Source: Bacilli bacterium
GTDB lineage: Bacteria; Bacillota_I; Bacilli_A; RF39; UBA660
NCBI GenBank assembly: GCA_017409025.1
Contig: JAFQTN010000007.1
Span: forward strand, 3,038 to 67,037
Direction: 5' to 3'
Length of the DNA: 64,000 nt
Shown: one piece after another, positions 20,086-31,346 of the stretch
Numbering within the stretch: the first letter of the stretch is position 1
Layout of the letters: the number at the start of each line of letters is the position of its first letter
Notes under the pieces: generated by a model
Databases searched by the model: none
What the model was told of the DNA's origin: nothing
The model's input: the letters and a program-made list of their open reading frames with translations, nothing else
Position numbers and translations under genes: made by a program

Positions 20086-20625
20086 ATGAATATAGAAATA
20101 ATTAAAGTAGGAAATTTAAAATGCAATTGTTATTTATTAATTAAAGACAATAAGATTTTAATAATAGATCCAGGTGACGAAGGAGATAAGATAATAGAAA
20201 AAATAGGTGATAGAGAAGTAGTTGGTATAATTATTACGCATCATCATTATGATCATATTGGTGCAGTTAAAGATGTTGTTAATAAGTATAATGTTTTAGT
20301 ATATGATAGAAGTAATTTAGAAGAAGGACAAAATAAAATAGATGAGTTTATATTTGATATAATATATACTCCTGGTCATAAAGAAGATTTAATTACTATT
20401 TATTTTGAAAAAGAAAAAATGATGTTTACAGGCGATTTTTTATTTAAAGATAATATTGGTAGATGTGATTTAGTTGGTAGTGACATTAATGATATGAAAA
20501 AATCTATAGATAAGATAAAAAAATATGATAAGGATATCATTGTATATCCAGGACATGGTGTTAAAACTAGTTTAGGATATGAGATAGATAATAATGTTTA
20601 TTTTTTAGATGAAGATATGTTATAA
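20086..20625 (+). CDS. MBL-fold metallo-hydrolase (glyoxalase II-like)
   Basis: THHHYDHIG, TPGH, FTGD, PGHG. Confidence 0.9.
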   Translation: MNIEIIKVGNLKCNCYLLIKDNKILIIDPGDEGDKIIEKIGDREVVGIIITHHHYDHIGAVKDVVNKYNVLVYDRSNLEEGQNKIDEFIFDIIYTPGHKEDLITIYFEKEKMMFTGDFLFKDNIGRCDLVGSDINDMKKSIDKIKKYDKDIIVYPGHGVKTSLGYEIDNNVYFLDEDML

Positions 20626-20714
20626 TATTAAAAAAATTTTAAATATTTAAGAACGGACATAGTAAAAAAGTATTTAGATGAATAAAAAAATAATAATCAG
20701 AAAAGAGGTGTAAG

Positions 20715-22667
20715 ATGTTTGAATTAGTATCAAAATATATTCCATCTGGAGATCAGCCACAATCTATAAATAAGTTAGTTAATGGAATTAAAGAAGGAAA
20801 AAAGCATCAAGTATTACTTGGTGCTACAGGTACTGGTAAAACTTTTACAATTGCTAATGTAATTAAAGAAGTAAATAAACCTACTTTGGTTTTAGCACAT
20901 AATAAGACTCTTGCCGGACAATTATATTCAGAATTTAAAGAATTATTTCCTGATAATGCTGTTGAATATTTTGTTAGTTATTATGATTATTATCAACCGG
21001 AAGCTTATGTTCCAAGTACGGATACATATATAGAGAAAGATGCTAAAATAAATGATGAGATAGATGAACTTAGACATAAAGCAACTTCTAGTTTATTAAG
21101 TCGTGATGATGTTATTGTAGTAGCGTCAGTTTCTTGTATATATGGTATTGGTGAAGTAGAAGAATATAAAAACAAAATGTTAACTTTAGTTAAGGGACAA
21201 GAAATAGAAAGAAATTATGTTCTAGCTAAACTTGTTGATATGCTTTATGAGAGAAGTAATTTTGATTTAAAAAGAGGAACATTTAGAGTGCGTGGGGATG
21301 TTATTGAATTGATTCCAGCATATCAAAGAACTAATGGTATTTTGATAGAGTTTTTTGGTGATGAAATAGATAGAATTAGTGAATTTGATGTTGTTACTGG
21401 TGCTATACTTAAAGATAAAAAAAGTGTTTCTATATTTCCAGCTTCACACTTTGTAACAGGTGAAGAAAAATTAAAAATAGCTGTTAATAATATAAAAGAA
21501 GAATTAGATAATAGACTTAAATATTTTTTAGAAAATAATAAATTAATTGAAGAACAAAGGCTGAGAGAAAGAGTTAATTACGATATGGAGATGTTACTTG
21601 AAACTGGTTTTTGTAGAGGGGTAGAAAATTATTCAAGACATTTAGCTCTTAGAGGTGAAGGAGAGACACCTACGACACTTATGGATTTCTTTCCAGATGA
21701 TTTTCTTTTAGTTGTTGATGAATCTCATGTTACAGTTCCACAAGTTAGGGGAATGTATAATGGCGATAGAGCTAGAAAGATGAATTTGGTTAATTATGGT
21801 TTTAGACTTCCAAGTGCACTTGATAATAGACCTTTAAAGTTTCATGAATTTGAAAATAAAATTAATCAAGTAATATATGTAAGTGCTACTCCTGGAGATT
21901 ATGAATTAGAACTTGTTAATAATAATACGGTAGATCAAATAATAAGACCTACTGGATTATTAGATCCTCTTATTGAAGTTAGAGAAAGTAAAAATCAGAT
22001 TGATGATTTAATTAATGAAATAAATATTAGAATAGATAAAAAAGAAAGAGTTCTTATTACTACTTTAACTATTAAAATGGCTGAGGAACTTACTAATTAT
22101 TTAAAAGATATTGATATTAAAGTTGCTTATTTACATAATGAAGTGAAGACTTTACAAAGAATGAAAATAATTAGAGATTTAAGACTTGGGGTATATGATG
22201 TAGTAGTTGGTATTAATCTTCTTAGAGAAGGTATTGACATTCCTGAAGTATCTTTAATAGCGATTATGGATGCGGATAAACAAGGCTTTTTAAGAAGTAG
22301 TAGAAGTTTAATTCAAACTATAGGTAGATGTGCTAGAAATAGTGAAGGTAAGGTTATAATGTACGCTGATACTATCAGTGATAGTATGAAAATTGCTATT
22401 GATGAAACTGTTAGAAGAAGAAAAATACAAGAAGAATATAATAAAGAACATAATATTATACCTAAGACGATTATTAAAGAAATTAGAGATTTAATATCTA
22501 ATGAAGATGAAATAGCTAGTCAAGAAAATAAGAATAAGATGAGTAAGAAGGAAAGAGTAAGTTTAATTGAAAAATTAACTAATGAGATGAATATGGCGGC
22601 TAAAAATTTAGATTTTGAAAGGGCTATGGAACTTAGAGATATTATATTTGAAATGGAAAGCGAGTAA
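20715..22667 (+). CDS. uvrB: Excinuclease ABC subunit B
   Basis: [31 protein letters not shown]-terminal UVR domain. Confidence 0.98.
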   Translation: MFELVSKYIPSGDQPQSINKLVNGIKEGKKHQVLLGATGTGKTFTIANVIKEVNKPTLVLAHNKTLAGQLYSEFKELFPDNAVEYFVSYYDYYQPEAYVPSTDTYIEKDAKINDEIDELRHKATSSLLSRDDVIVVASVSCIYGIGEVEEYKNKMLTLVKGQEIERNYVLAKLVDMLYERSNFDLKRGTFRVRGDVIELIPAYQRTNGILIEFFGDEIDRISEFDVVTGAILKDKKSVSIFPASHFVTGEEKLKIAVNNIKEELDNRLKYFLENNKLIEEQRLRERVNYDMEMLLETGFCRGVENYSRHLALRGEGETPTTLMDFFPDDFLLVVDESHVTVPQVRGMYNGDRARKMNLVNYGFRLPSALDNRPLKFHEFENKINQVIYVSATPGDYELELVNNNTVDQIIRPTGLLDPLIEVRESKNQIDDLINEINIRIDKKERVLITTLTIKMAEELTNYLKDIDIKVAYLHNEVKTLQRMKIIRDLRLGVYDVVVGINLLREGIDIPEVSLIAIMDADKQGFLRSSRSLIQTIGRCARNSEGKVIMYADTISDSMKIAIDETVRRRKIQEEYNKEHNIIPKTIIKEIRDLISNEDEIASQENKNKMSKKERVSLIEKLTNEMNMAAKNLDFERAMELRDIIFEMESE

Positions 22668-22698
22668 ACTTTCAAAAAAGTTACTCGCTTTATTTTTT
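22658..22698. terminator. Bidirectional intrinsic terminator between uvrB and convergent gene
   Basis: aagcgagtaa...ttactcgctt inverted repeat with T run. Confidence 0.7.
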
Positions 22699-23170
22699 AT
22701 AAACAACTTCCGTCAGTTGAAAATAATACTGGTGAAGTTGTTAATGCTTGAATTTTAGAACTGTCATTTGTTGGTTCAATGTTATTAAAGTAATATACAA
22801 ATGGAGATAAATTAACACCGCTTGATATACATATAATAAAATCTTCATTATCATGATTATTAATAATTTTATCAATAGCCTTCATATTTCTTAATGAAAA
22901 TTCTTTCCAGGTTTCGCTAGAATTCATTTCATTAAATAGAGTTTCTTCATAAATTGGAACGTTAATATATTTATTGATAATTTCAGCTGTATGAATACAT
23001 CTTAAATATGGAGAAGAGTAGATTGCTTTAATATTTAAATTTAATTGTTTTAATTTTTCTCCAAGAATTTCTGTTTCTTTAATTCCATTTTCGGTTATAT
23101 CTTGTAATTGTCTATCAACGGCTTTATTTTTTTTATCTCTTTCAGCATGGTGTACATATAAAATTTTCAT
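22697..23170 (-). CDS. Histidine phosphatase (phosphoglycerate mutase-like) family protein
   Basis: HHAE (RHG-like), SSPYLRCIHTA. Confidence 0.75.
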   Translation of the reverse strand: MKILYVHHAERDKKNKAVDRQLQDITENGIKETEILGEKLKQLNLNIKAIYSSPYLRCIHTAEIINKYINVPIYEETLFNEMNSSETWKEFSLRNMKAIDKIINNHDNEDFIICISSGVNLSPFVYYFNNIEPTNDSSKIQALTTSPVLFSTDGSCL

Positions 23171-23173
23171 AAT

Positions 23174-24175
23174 TTATTGCTTCTTTCTTTTTTTATTTAA
23201 CATGTAGGCATATCCTAATGCTATTGTATTAATTAAAAATCCTAATTTTACATAATTATGTCTATATACATCTCTTTGATCTTCAGAGTATTTCTTTATG
23301 TATACTAAATCATCGTTGATTATTTTAACTCCTAGTTTTTCGACTTCTTTCTTGTCTAGAATAACAGGATCTTTTTGTTCTTCAGTAGCATATTTATTTG
23401 CTAAATTTCCATCAATTTCTCCGTCATTAGCAATGACATATTCTATTTTTCTATTACCTAAATAACTATTAAGAACATTTATATGATCACTGACTTTAAA
23501 CTCATCTGTTTCTCCAGGTTGAGTAAATAAATTACAGCAATATACAATTGAAGCATTACTTTTATCAATGGCAGATTTAATTTTATCACTTAATAAATTG
23601 GGTATTACACTTGTAAATAAGCTTCCCATACTAAGGATGATTAAGTCAGCAGAGTTTATTTCTTCTAATATTTCTTCATTAATAGTAGGATTTTCTTTGT
23701 AATAGACTTTTTTAATATTTCCAGGTGTTTTTGTTATATTATGTTCACCTTCAACGATAGAACCATCATCCATTTCTCCAATTAGGGTTACTTTATCTTC
23801 TGTAAAAGGAAGAACACGTCCTTTTAATTTAAGAATATCACTTAGGGTTTCTATTGCTTTTTGAGCTGAACCTTGTATTTTCATTTCTGCTAGTAATATT
23901 AGGTTTCCTAATGAATGATTATTTAATTCTCCATTTGATTCAAAACGATAGTTTAATAGTTTACTTATTTCATTTTCATTATCAGATAAAGATTCAATAA
24001 CTTTACGTATATCTCCAGGTGCTAAGACATTGAATTCAGTTCTTAATTTTCCTGTACTTCCTCCATCATCACATACAGATACTACTGCTGTTATATCAAG
24101 AGGATATTGTTTTAAACCTCTTAGTAGATAACTTAAACCGGTTCCGCCACCGAATACGATAACTTTCTTATTCAT
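23174..24175 (-). CDS. yvcK: YvcK/GlmR (UPF0052) gluconeogenesis morphogenetic factor
   Basis: GGGTGL, DDGGSTG, PGDIR, GSLFTSVIPNL, TQPGET. Confidence 0.92.
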   Translation of the reverse strand: MNKKVIVFGGGTGLSYLLRGLKQYPLDITAVVSVCDDGGSTGKLRTEFNVLAPGDIRKVIESLSDNENEISKLLNYRFESNGELNNHSLGNLILLAEMKIQGSAQKAIETLSDILKLKGRVLPFTEDKVTLIGEMDDGSIVEGEHNITKTPGNIKKVYYKENPTINEEILEEINSADLIILSMGSLFTSVIPNLLSDKIKSAIDKSNASIVYCCNLFTQPGETDEFKVSDHINVLNSYLGNRKIEYVIANDGEIDGNLANKYATEEQKDPVILDKKEVEKLGVKIINDDLVYIKKYSEDQRDVYRHNYVKLGFLINTIALGYAYMLNKKRKKQ

Positions 24176-24785
24176 AATTTTCTCCAATCTTTTCTATGTA
24201 GTTGTTTTTTGTTAATTCTTCAAAATTTTTAAATTCTGGAATATTTTCAATGTTTAATGGAATTTTAGAATATTTATCAATATTTCTTTTGATTCTAATT
24301 AAATGTGCTGCTTTAGAATTATAAAATTTTTCTAATTCTTTTGGATTGTTGTCAATAAATATTCCTTTTGTATAATCAATATTTAGTTTTGATTTATCTT
24401 TGTCGGTAATTATAATATCTTTAAAATATTTTTTTAGTTCAGATGATTTAATCTTTTTTTCTTGGTGTTGTATATTACCTAGTGTAAGTAAAATTAAATC
24501 ATATTTTTTAGAGTATTTTTCTAGGAATGGGATTACATCAGGGTATACTAAATCTTTAGTATATATACTATTTATTTCTTTTTGTATGTGCGAGTTTATT
24601 TTTTTTTCTTCAATAATTTTTGTAGCTAATATATCATAGCTTTTTTCTTTTTTATAAAAATCTTCTTTCATAAGAGTTTTGATATAATCTTCAGAGATAT
24701 TATATTTTTTTAATATATTGATTAATCTTTGGTATTGAATAGTTGAATCAAACAGTGTTCCATCAAAATCTATATATATTTTCAA
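24168..24785 (-). CDS. HAD-family hydrolase
   Basis: DFDGTL motif I, FIDN motif IV. Confidence 0.75.
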   Translation of the reverse strand: MKIYIDFDGTLFDSTIQYQRLINILKKYNISEDYIKTLMKEDFYKKEKSYDILATKIIEEKKINSHIQKEINSIYTKDLVYPDVIPFLEKYSKKYDLILLTLGNIQHQEKKIKSSELKKYFKDIIITDKDKSKLNIDYTKGIFIDNNPKELEKFYNSKAAHLIRIKRNIDKYSKIPLNIENIPEFKNFEELTKNNYIEKIGENYE

Positions 24786-24833
24786 ATAGTATCACTTCTT
24801 TCCATAACATATATGTTTATTATATCATTAAAT

Positions 24834-25907
24834 TTATTGTTTGGAAATATTTAAGATAATACCAATATTTATCATAGATACGAGTAAGCTAGAACCTCCA
24901 TAAGATAAAAAGGGAAGAGTTACCCCTGTTACTGGGATTAGGCCTACTACTACCATTAAGTTTAGGATGGTTTGGAATGCAAGAGAAAATATTAGACCAA
25001 AAGATAAATATTTAGCAAAATTATCTTTTTGATATATAGATATTTTTATTCCTCTATATATGATGGTTATAAAAAGGGTAGTAACGATTAATACTCCCAT
25101 AAATCCTAGTTCTTCACTTATTATTGAGAAGATAAAGTCTGTTTGTGGTTCTGGTAAGTAGAAATGTTTTTGAACAGAATTACCTAATCCTGCTCCAAGG
25201 AGACCACTTGGTCCAATTGCATATAGAGATTGTATTATTTGGAATCCGCTTCCTAAAGGATCTGCCCAAGGATTAACAAATGAAACAATTCTTTTTAGTC
25301 TATATGGTGCTATAATGATTAAAGCGACAATTCCGATTAATCCTAAAATACCTAATTTTATAAAGAAATTCATTTTAACACCGGATACGAATAGTAATAC
25401 AATGATTGTTACTACGATAATAATACCGGTACCAAAATCTGGTTGTAACATAATAAGACCAAAAATTAAGAAGACAACACTTAAGATAGGGAATACTGAA
25501 TGTTTAATATCTTTCATCTTATTGTTTGTTAAATATTTGGCAGTGAAGATAATAATTCCAATTTTTGCAAACTCACTTGGTTGAATACCGAATGAACCAA
25601 TACCAAACCAACTTCTAGAGCCATTTCTAACTGAACCAATACCTGGTATTAAGACTAGAATTAGAAGGATAATGCATCCTAGTAAGATGATGTTACTATA
25701 TTTAAAATATATTTGATAATTTATTTTAGATATAATATATATTATAAAATAGCCGATTATTACAAATATACCTTGTGTTTTTAGAAATTTATATGGATCA
25801 TTAAATTTATATTCTGCCCATACGGAAGAAGAAGAATATATCATGAGTAATCCAAATAAAGAAATTAAAACTACACTTATTAATATTAATTTATCTATTT
25901 TTTTCAT
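24834..25907 (-). CDS. ftsW: SEDS peptidoglycan polymerase FtsW/SpoVE
   Basis: SRSW, IQPSEFAK, QPDFGT, LPEPQTDFIF, LPFLSYGGSS. Confidence 0.9.
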   Translation of the reverse strand: MKKIDKLILISVVLISLFGLLMIYSSSSVWAEYKFNDPYKFLKTQGIFVIIGYFIIYIISKINYQIYFKYSNIILLGCIILLILVLIPGIGSVRNGSRSWFGIGSFGIQPSEFAKIGIIIFTAKYLTNNKMKDIKHSVFPILSVVFLIFGLIMLQPDFGTGIIIVVTIIVLLFVSGVKMNFFIKLGILGLIGIVALIIIAPYRLKRIVSFVNPWADPLGSGFQIIQSLYAIGPSGLLGAGLGNSVQKHFYLPEPQTDFIFSIISEELGFMGVLIVTTLFITIIYRGIKISIYQKDNFAKYLSFGLIFSLAFQTILNLMVVVGLIPVTGVTLPFLSYGGSSLLVSMINIGIILNISKQ

Positions 25908-25967
25908 ATTATCAACCTTATTAAATTATATGTGGGTAGATATGAAAAAAACACTTCAATTGAAGTG

Positions 25968-26960
25968 TTATAACCATACTCCGTATACTAGAGCTAGTAG
26001 GCATAGTATGAAACCTACTATCCAGAATAATTTAACGATATCTCCTTCACGCCAACCTAATCTTTCAAAGTGATGGTGAATAGGTGTCATTAGGAATACT
26101 TTCTTTTTAAATAAAACTACTGATACTATTTGAATTATTACTGTTAGTGTTTCTATTACGAATACTCCACCAATAACTGCTAGTGATAATTCATGACCGG
26201 TTAAGATAGCAATAGTAGCTAATGTAGCTCCTAGTGTTAGACTTCCGGTATCGCCCATAAATACTTTGGCTGGATTTGCATTATATACTAAGAATCCCAT
26301 AATAGAACCTACTAATATAAATGAGAATATACCAATATCTTGATAACCTTCAATCCAATAACTTCCCCAAGAAATTAAACCGAATGCTAAGAATGCGATA
26401 GCTGATAGGCCACCAGCTAATCCATCAAGACCATCTGTTAAGTTTACAGCGTTAGATGAACCTACTAATAAGAATAAAATAAATACTCCATAGAACCAAT
26501 CTAGACGCCATTCAATATTCAATAGAGTTATTTCTAAAATAGAATTAGCATCTGTATATTTACGATATAAAATATAAAATATTAAGGCTACGATAAATTG
26601 AAGTAATAGTTTTTGAAATTGAGATAGTCCTTTATTTTGATTTTGCTTTATACTTAGATAGTCATCTAGAAAACCAATTAATCCATATGATATAAAAACA
26701 AACATAACTATTAATAGGTTTACTGAAAATTCTATTTTATTAGTTAATAATAGAAAAACAGTAGTAATAATCGTTGGTATTATAAAGATTAATCCTCCCA
26801 TAGTAGGAGTTCCTGATTTTCTTTGATGGTTTTCTACATAAACATTTATTCTTTGTCCTGCTTTAATTTTTTTTAGTAGTGGTATAGCTATAAGACCAAA
26901 AGCAGTTGATAGTAAGAAACCTATCATTAAAGCAAATAGCGACTTTGTTAAAGTTAGCAT
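25968..26960 (-). CDS. mraY: Phospho-N-acetylmuramoyl-pentapeptide transferase
   Basis: KSGTPTMGG, NLTDGLDGL, FMGDTGS, PIHHHFE. Confidence 0.97.
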   Translation of the reverse strand: MLTLTKSLFALMIGFLLSTAFGLIAIPLLKKIKAGQRINVYVENHQRKSGTPTMGGLIFIIPTIITTVFLLLTNKIEFSVNLLIVMFVFISYGLIGFLDDYLSIKQNQNKGLSQFQKLLLQFIVALIFYILYRKYTDANSILEITLLNIEWRLDWFYGVFILFLLVGSSNAVNLTDGLDGLAGGLSAIAFLAFGLISWGSYWIEGYQDIGIFSFILVGSIMGFLVYNANPAKVFMGDTGSLTLGATLATIAILTGHELSLAVIGGVFVIETLTVIIQIVSVVLFKKKVFLMTPIHHHFERLGWREGDIVKLFWIVGFILCLLALVYGVWL

Positions 26961-27043
26961 ATTACACTTCCTTTTCTTAGATAGATTATATCATAAAATC
27001 TATTATAATATTTAAAATATGTATGGGACTTTACATACGGTTG

Positions 27044-28951
27044 TCAATTACTTAACAATATTTTGATAGTAGAATTTTCTTTAACTATAGTTCCAGGTTC
27101 AGGAGAGATTGATTTAATGATATTACCAGTTCCAGAATAATTTATAGTTAGTTTTTTTAGCTGTGATTTTGCTTCTTTTATGGTAAGCCCAATTACATTA
27201 GGTACTTCAGTATATTTAATATCATACCAAAATTCTTCTTTATCTAGAGTATATTCTGATTTTTTAATATTTAGGGAAGCAATAACATCTATCATAATAT
27301 TTTTAGCAATTGGAGCTGAGACGGTACCTCCATATTGGGTTATTCCTTTAGGATTATCAATAGCTACGTATACTACGGCTTGAGGATTATCTGCTGGTAA
27401 GAAACCAATAAATGATACGATATAGTTTCCTGTTAGATAAATTCCATTTTGAACTTTTTGTGCAGTTCCTGTTTTGCCACCTACACGGTATCCTTCAATA
27501 TAAGCGTTTCTTCCAGTACCGTATGCTACGACAGTTTCTAGGGTACTTCTTACAGTCCTACTAGTTTCATTACTTATTACTTTTCTTACAATATGTGGTT
27601 TAGTCTCTTCAATAATTTCTCCGGTATTAGGTTCAACAATTCTTTTTACGATGTATGGTTTATATAGAGTACCTCCATTAATGGCTGCTGATACTGCGGT
27701 TATTTGCTGAATTGCGGTTACACTTATACCTTGACCAAATGCAGTAGTAGCAAGTTCTACAGGCCCAACTTTATCTAAATTAAATAATATTCCATTTCCT
27801 TCGCCGTTTAAGTCGATTCCTGTTTTTTCTCCAAAGCCAAACAAATTGATATATTTAAATAATTTTTCTTTACCTAATTTATTACCTAGGGATACAAATC
27901 CTGGGTTACAACTATTTTGAACTACTTGTAAGTATGTTTGTGAACCGTGTCCGCCTGACTTCCAACATTTAATTCTAGCACCATCGACGTTAACGCTTCC
28001 AGAGTCATGAAAGGTATCGTTAATTAGATCAACGGTATTTTCTTCAATTGAAGCTGCTAGAGTGATTATTTTAAATGTAGAACCTGGTTCATATGTCGCC
28101 CAAACGGCATGATTTCTATTAATTACTTCTGTAGAATAATTTTTATAATTAGATGGATCAAAGTCAGGTTTAGAAGATAAGGCTAATATTTCACCATTAT
28201 TAGGGTTCATGACAATTGCCCAAGCACCATTAGCATTATATTTATCCATAACATTATTTAATTCTCTTTCTACGGCTGCTTGAATATCATAATTAATAGT
28301 TAAATATAAATCCATTCCATTAGTGGGTTCTTCGTAAATGCTACTTTTTTCTAATTTGTTACCTTTAGCATCGGAAAAATATTTAATAGCACCAGATACT
28401 CCGGTTAAGTATTTATCGTATGTTAATTCTAATCCAGATAAACCTTGATTATCAATGCCAACATAACCGATGGAGTGAGAAAGAAGAGTATTATATGGAT
28501 AATATCTTTTACCTTCTTTTAATAAATATACACCTTCATAATTTAATTCATTTATTTTATCTGCTACATCAAATGATAGTTGTCTACCTTCTGGATGGAT
28601 AATTTCTACGGAAGAACGTTTATTTACGTGTTCGCTTATAACTTTTTCATCAACATTCAAAATATTTGCTAAATCCTTTACAACATCATCTTTATTTTTT
28701 ATTTGATTGGGAATTACTACTAAAGATACTGTTGTAAGGTTAGAGGCAACAGTTACATTATCACTAGTTATAATTCTACCTCTATTAGCTCCAATTATTA
28801 GATTTCTACTCCAAAGATTATTAGCTAAATTATTTAATTTATCATAATCAATTACTTGAATATAAAATACTTTTCCAATAATTAATATAAAACAAAATAT
28901 AATTACTAATAATGTTATTTTTATTCTTTTATGTATTTTTTTATTAAACAT
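27044..28951 (-). CDS. Class B penicillin-binding protein with PASTA domain (SpoVD/FtsI-like)
   Basis: YEPGSTFK (SxxK), SCN, KTGTAQ, C-terminal PASTA VPNVIG. Confidence 0.9.
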   Translation of the reverse strand: MFNKKIHKRIKITLLVIIFCFILIIGKVFYIQVIDYDKLNNLANNLWSRNLIIGANRGRIITSDNVTVASNLTTVSLVVIPNQIKNKDDVVKDLANILNVDEKVISEHVNKRSSVEIIHPEGRQLSFDVADKINELNYEGVYLLKEGKRYYPYNTLLSHSIGYVGIDNQGLSGLELTYDKYLTGVSGAIKYFSDAKGNKLEKSSIYEEPTNGMDLYLTINYDIQAAVERELNNVMDKYNANGAWAIVMNPNNGEILALSSKPDFDPSNYKNYSTEVINRNHAVWATYEPGSTFKIITLAASIEENTVDLINDTFHDSGSVNVDGARIKCWKSGGHGSQTYLQVVQNSCNPGFVSLGNKLGKEKLFKYINLFGFGEKTGIDLNGEGNGILFNLDKVGPVELATTAFGQGISVTAIQQITAVSAAINGGTLYKPYIVKRIVEPNTGEIIEETKPHIVRKVISNETSRTVRSTLETVVAYGTGRNAYIEGYRVGGKTGTAQKVQNGIYLTGNYIVSFIGFLPADNPQAVVYVAIDNPKGITQYGGTVSAPIAKNIMIDVIASLNIKKSEYTLDKEEFWYDIKYTEVPNVIGLTIKEAKSQLKKLTINYSGTGNIIKSISPEPGTIVKENSTIKILLSN

Positions 28952-29000
28952 ATTATCCCTCTACATAAGTATATTAATAAGTGAGAAAAAAATAACAAAT

Positions 29001-29107
29001 AAAAAAAGAGGCTGACCCCCTTAAGGAACAGCCTCCCAAAAAGAATAAAAAGGGGTTGGCTAGTGTGATACTAGCACCAATTCGCCTAAGAAATTTGAAT
29101 TGGTGAT
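29001..29107 (-). ncRNA. Candidate ~105-nt small RNA or leader RNA
   Basis: Minus-strand TTGACA(29140-29135)-N17-TAGTAT; two hairpins, C-rich linker, GC-rich terminator gaggctg/cagcctc followed by U7. Confidence 0.55.
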
Positions 29108-29233
29108 TAATATACTAATCGAAGTCATCTTTTTTGTCAATACTAAAATTAAAAAAAATGTAGAATTTTTTAAATTTATTCAAATTTATTGAAAATATAG
29201 ATGATATATGTTAAAATTTTCATTAGATAGTAG

Positions 29234-31081
29234 GTGAATACTTTGACTGATAATAAAAGATTAAGTGATAATAAAAAAAGGTTATTAATATCTATATCAA
29301 TAGTAGTACTTGCTTTAACTTTAGTTGGTGGTACTTTTGCATATTTAATGCTTGGAATGGATATTACTAATGGTAATTATATATCTAAAACTGATTGTTT
29401 TGATATTATTTATGATAATACTAATGATGATGGTACAATGGATATTGCAGGTACTTTAATGCCTTCTGTTAGCTATAAAGGTGGATTATCAGGTAATATG
29501 GGTATTGGTTCATCTTGTGATATCGATGCACAAGGTAATTTACTTTTAAATATTAGTGAACAATCCTCAATATTAACTAGTCAGGTAGAAGATCATTGTG
29601 AGAATATTGATACATTGGAAACTTTACATTATAATCAAACTAAATGTAATAGTACTGAAAATGCAGTATGGGTCGTTAATGGTTCTGCCTTAAAGTATGC
29701 TGTTTATGATGAAAATAATGATGAATTTATTTCGGTTGGGTATGTAGATACTGTTAGTAGAGATATAAAAATGTATGAAAATTTTGATATACCATCTGAT
29801 GGTAGTTTGTTAGATTTTAAAATATATATATGGTTAGATGGTAATTTAGTTGATGAAGGTTATTCATTCGCTAGTTTGAGTGGGTATATATATGCCGATG
29901 TTAGACAAATTGGTGAAGTTCAACCGGAGGTTCCGGTCTTGGATTCTGGTATGGTGCCAGTAACAATAACTGATAATGGTACTGTGATAACTATATCTCC
30001 TGATGATTCAAATTGGTATGATTATAATAATAAAGAATGGGCAAATGTTGTATTAGTAAAGGAAAGTGGAGTAAATTCAAGACAATATTATTTAGATAAT
30101 TCTAATACAAAGGTATTACAGTCTGATATTTTAGCATATTATGTATGGATACCTCGATATAAGTATAAAATATCGTCTTTAGAGGCTGTTTCAATTGATA
30201 TTGATTTTGAAACTGCAGAGTCGGCTATGTCATTAGGAAATGCAAAAACAAACTATAGAACACATCCAGCTTTTTGGTGGGATAATGATAATGATAATGT
30301 AGTAGATTCAAATGAAATGTTATCTGGAATATGGGTAGGAAAATTTGAGACAACAGGTTCATCAACATCTCCGACGATATTACCAAATGCTGTTCCTCTT
30401 GTGAAGCAAAAATTAGGTAATCAATTTACAACAAGTCAAAAATTTATTCAATACGGATTATCTAATTCTAGTACTGATGCTCATTTAATGAAGAATAGTG
30501 ACTGGGGAGCAGTGGCGTATTTATCACATTCCAAATATGGAATAAATAAAGAAATACGAATAAATAATAGTTCTGTATATACAGGTTGTGGTGCAGCTAC
30601 AGTAGATGATGGTGCAAGTACAACATGTCCAAATGCATTTGGAACAGTGTCAGTATATCCACAAAGCACAACTGGAAATATAACCGGAGTATTTGATATG
30701 TCAGGTGGAAAGAATGAATATGTAATGGGCCATTATGGAGATATACTTACTAGTAATGATAATTCAGCTTTTACTGTAATGCCAGATAAAAAATATTACG
30801 ATTTATATTCAACAACTGTTTTTTCAGGAGATGTTAATAGTAATTTATCAAAATGTACAACAGAAACATGCGGTGGTCATGCTTTAAATGAAACAGCAGG
30901 ATGGTATAGTGATAATAAAACGGGAGGTTTTGTTTCTGCTTCAAGTAAGCCTTGGTTCGTACGTGGTGGATTATACAGCGGTGGAGCATCAGCAGGTATA
31001 TTTTACTTTAATGACCATTATGGTACTGGATTTGACACCTACTCATGGCGTTCTGCGATTGTAACAGGGATTGTAGCGTAG
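29234..31081 (+). CDS. Secreted TasA/SipW-class-signal protein with C-terminal C-type-lectin (FGE-like) domain; putative DGR target
   Basis: GGTFAY signal; YYVWIPRYKY, THPAF, GIWVGKFE, GVFDMSGG..EYV, WFVRGG...SWR. Confidence 0.65.
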   Translation: MNTLTDNKRLSDNKKRLLISISIVVLALTLVGGTFAYLMLGMDITNGNYISKTDCFDIIYDNTNDDGTMDIAGTLMPSVSYKGGLSGNMGIGSSCDIDAQGNLLLNISEQSSILTSQVEDHCENIDTLETLHYNQTKCNSTENAVWVVNGSALKYAVYDENNDEFISVGYVDTVSRDIKMYENFDIPSDGSLLDFKIYIWLDGNLVDEGYSFASLSGYIYADVRQIGEVQPEVPVLDSGMVPVTITDNGTVITISPDDSNWYDYNNKEWANVVLVKESGVNSRQYYLDNSNTKVLQSDILAYYVWIPRYKYKISSLEAVSIDIDFETAESAMSLGNAKTNYRTHPAFWWDNDNDNVVDSNEMLSGIWVGKFETTGSSTSPTILPNAVPLVKQKLGNQFTTSQKFIQYGLSNSSTDAHLMKNSDWGAVAYLSHSKYGINKEIRINNSSVYTGCGAATVDDGASTTCPNAFGTVSVYPQSTTGNITGVFDMSGGKNEYVMGHYGDILTSNDNSAFTVMPDKKYYDLYSTTVFSGDVNSNLSKCTTETCGGHALNETAGWYSDNKTGGFVSASSKPWFVRGGLYSGGASAGIFYFNDHYGTGFDTYSWRSAIVTGIVA

Positions 31082-31145
31082 CATTTTGCTTTTTTACAAC
31101 GTGTAGATAATATTTAGAATCAAAAAAATAAAATTTTAAAATAAT

Positions 31146-31187
31146 AAAAAAATCTCTGGTTCTATTAATTGGCCAGAGATTTTTTAT
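31146..31187 (+). terminator. Intrinsic terminator
   Basis: aaaaaaatctctgg...ccagagattttttt. Confidence 0.75.
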
Positions 31188-31346
31188 GCATTTTTTTATT
31201 TTTGAAAAAGTAGTTATAATACAAAATAGTGAACTTTGATAAAGTTAAGTATATTAGCAAATATATTTATTTAATATAGAGAATGTTGGTTCTTTATATT
31301 TTTTTCATTATGTGATAAAATATATTTAATTATTTGGAGGTGCTTT

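Noticed and set aside
29234-31340. Complete DGR cassette at this locus
   Set aside because: No reverse transcriptase, Avd or template repeat visible in the window; only a target-like signature is reported
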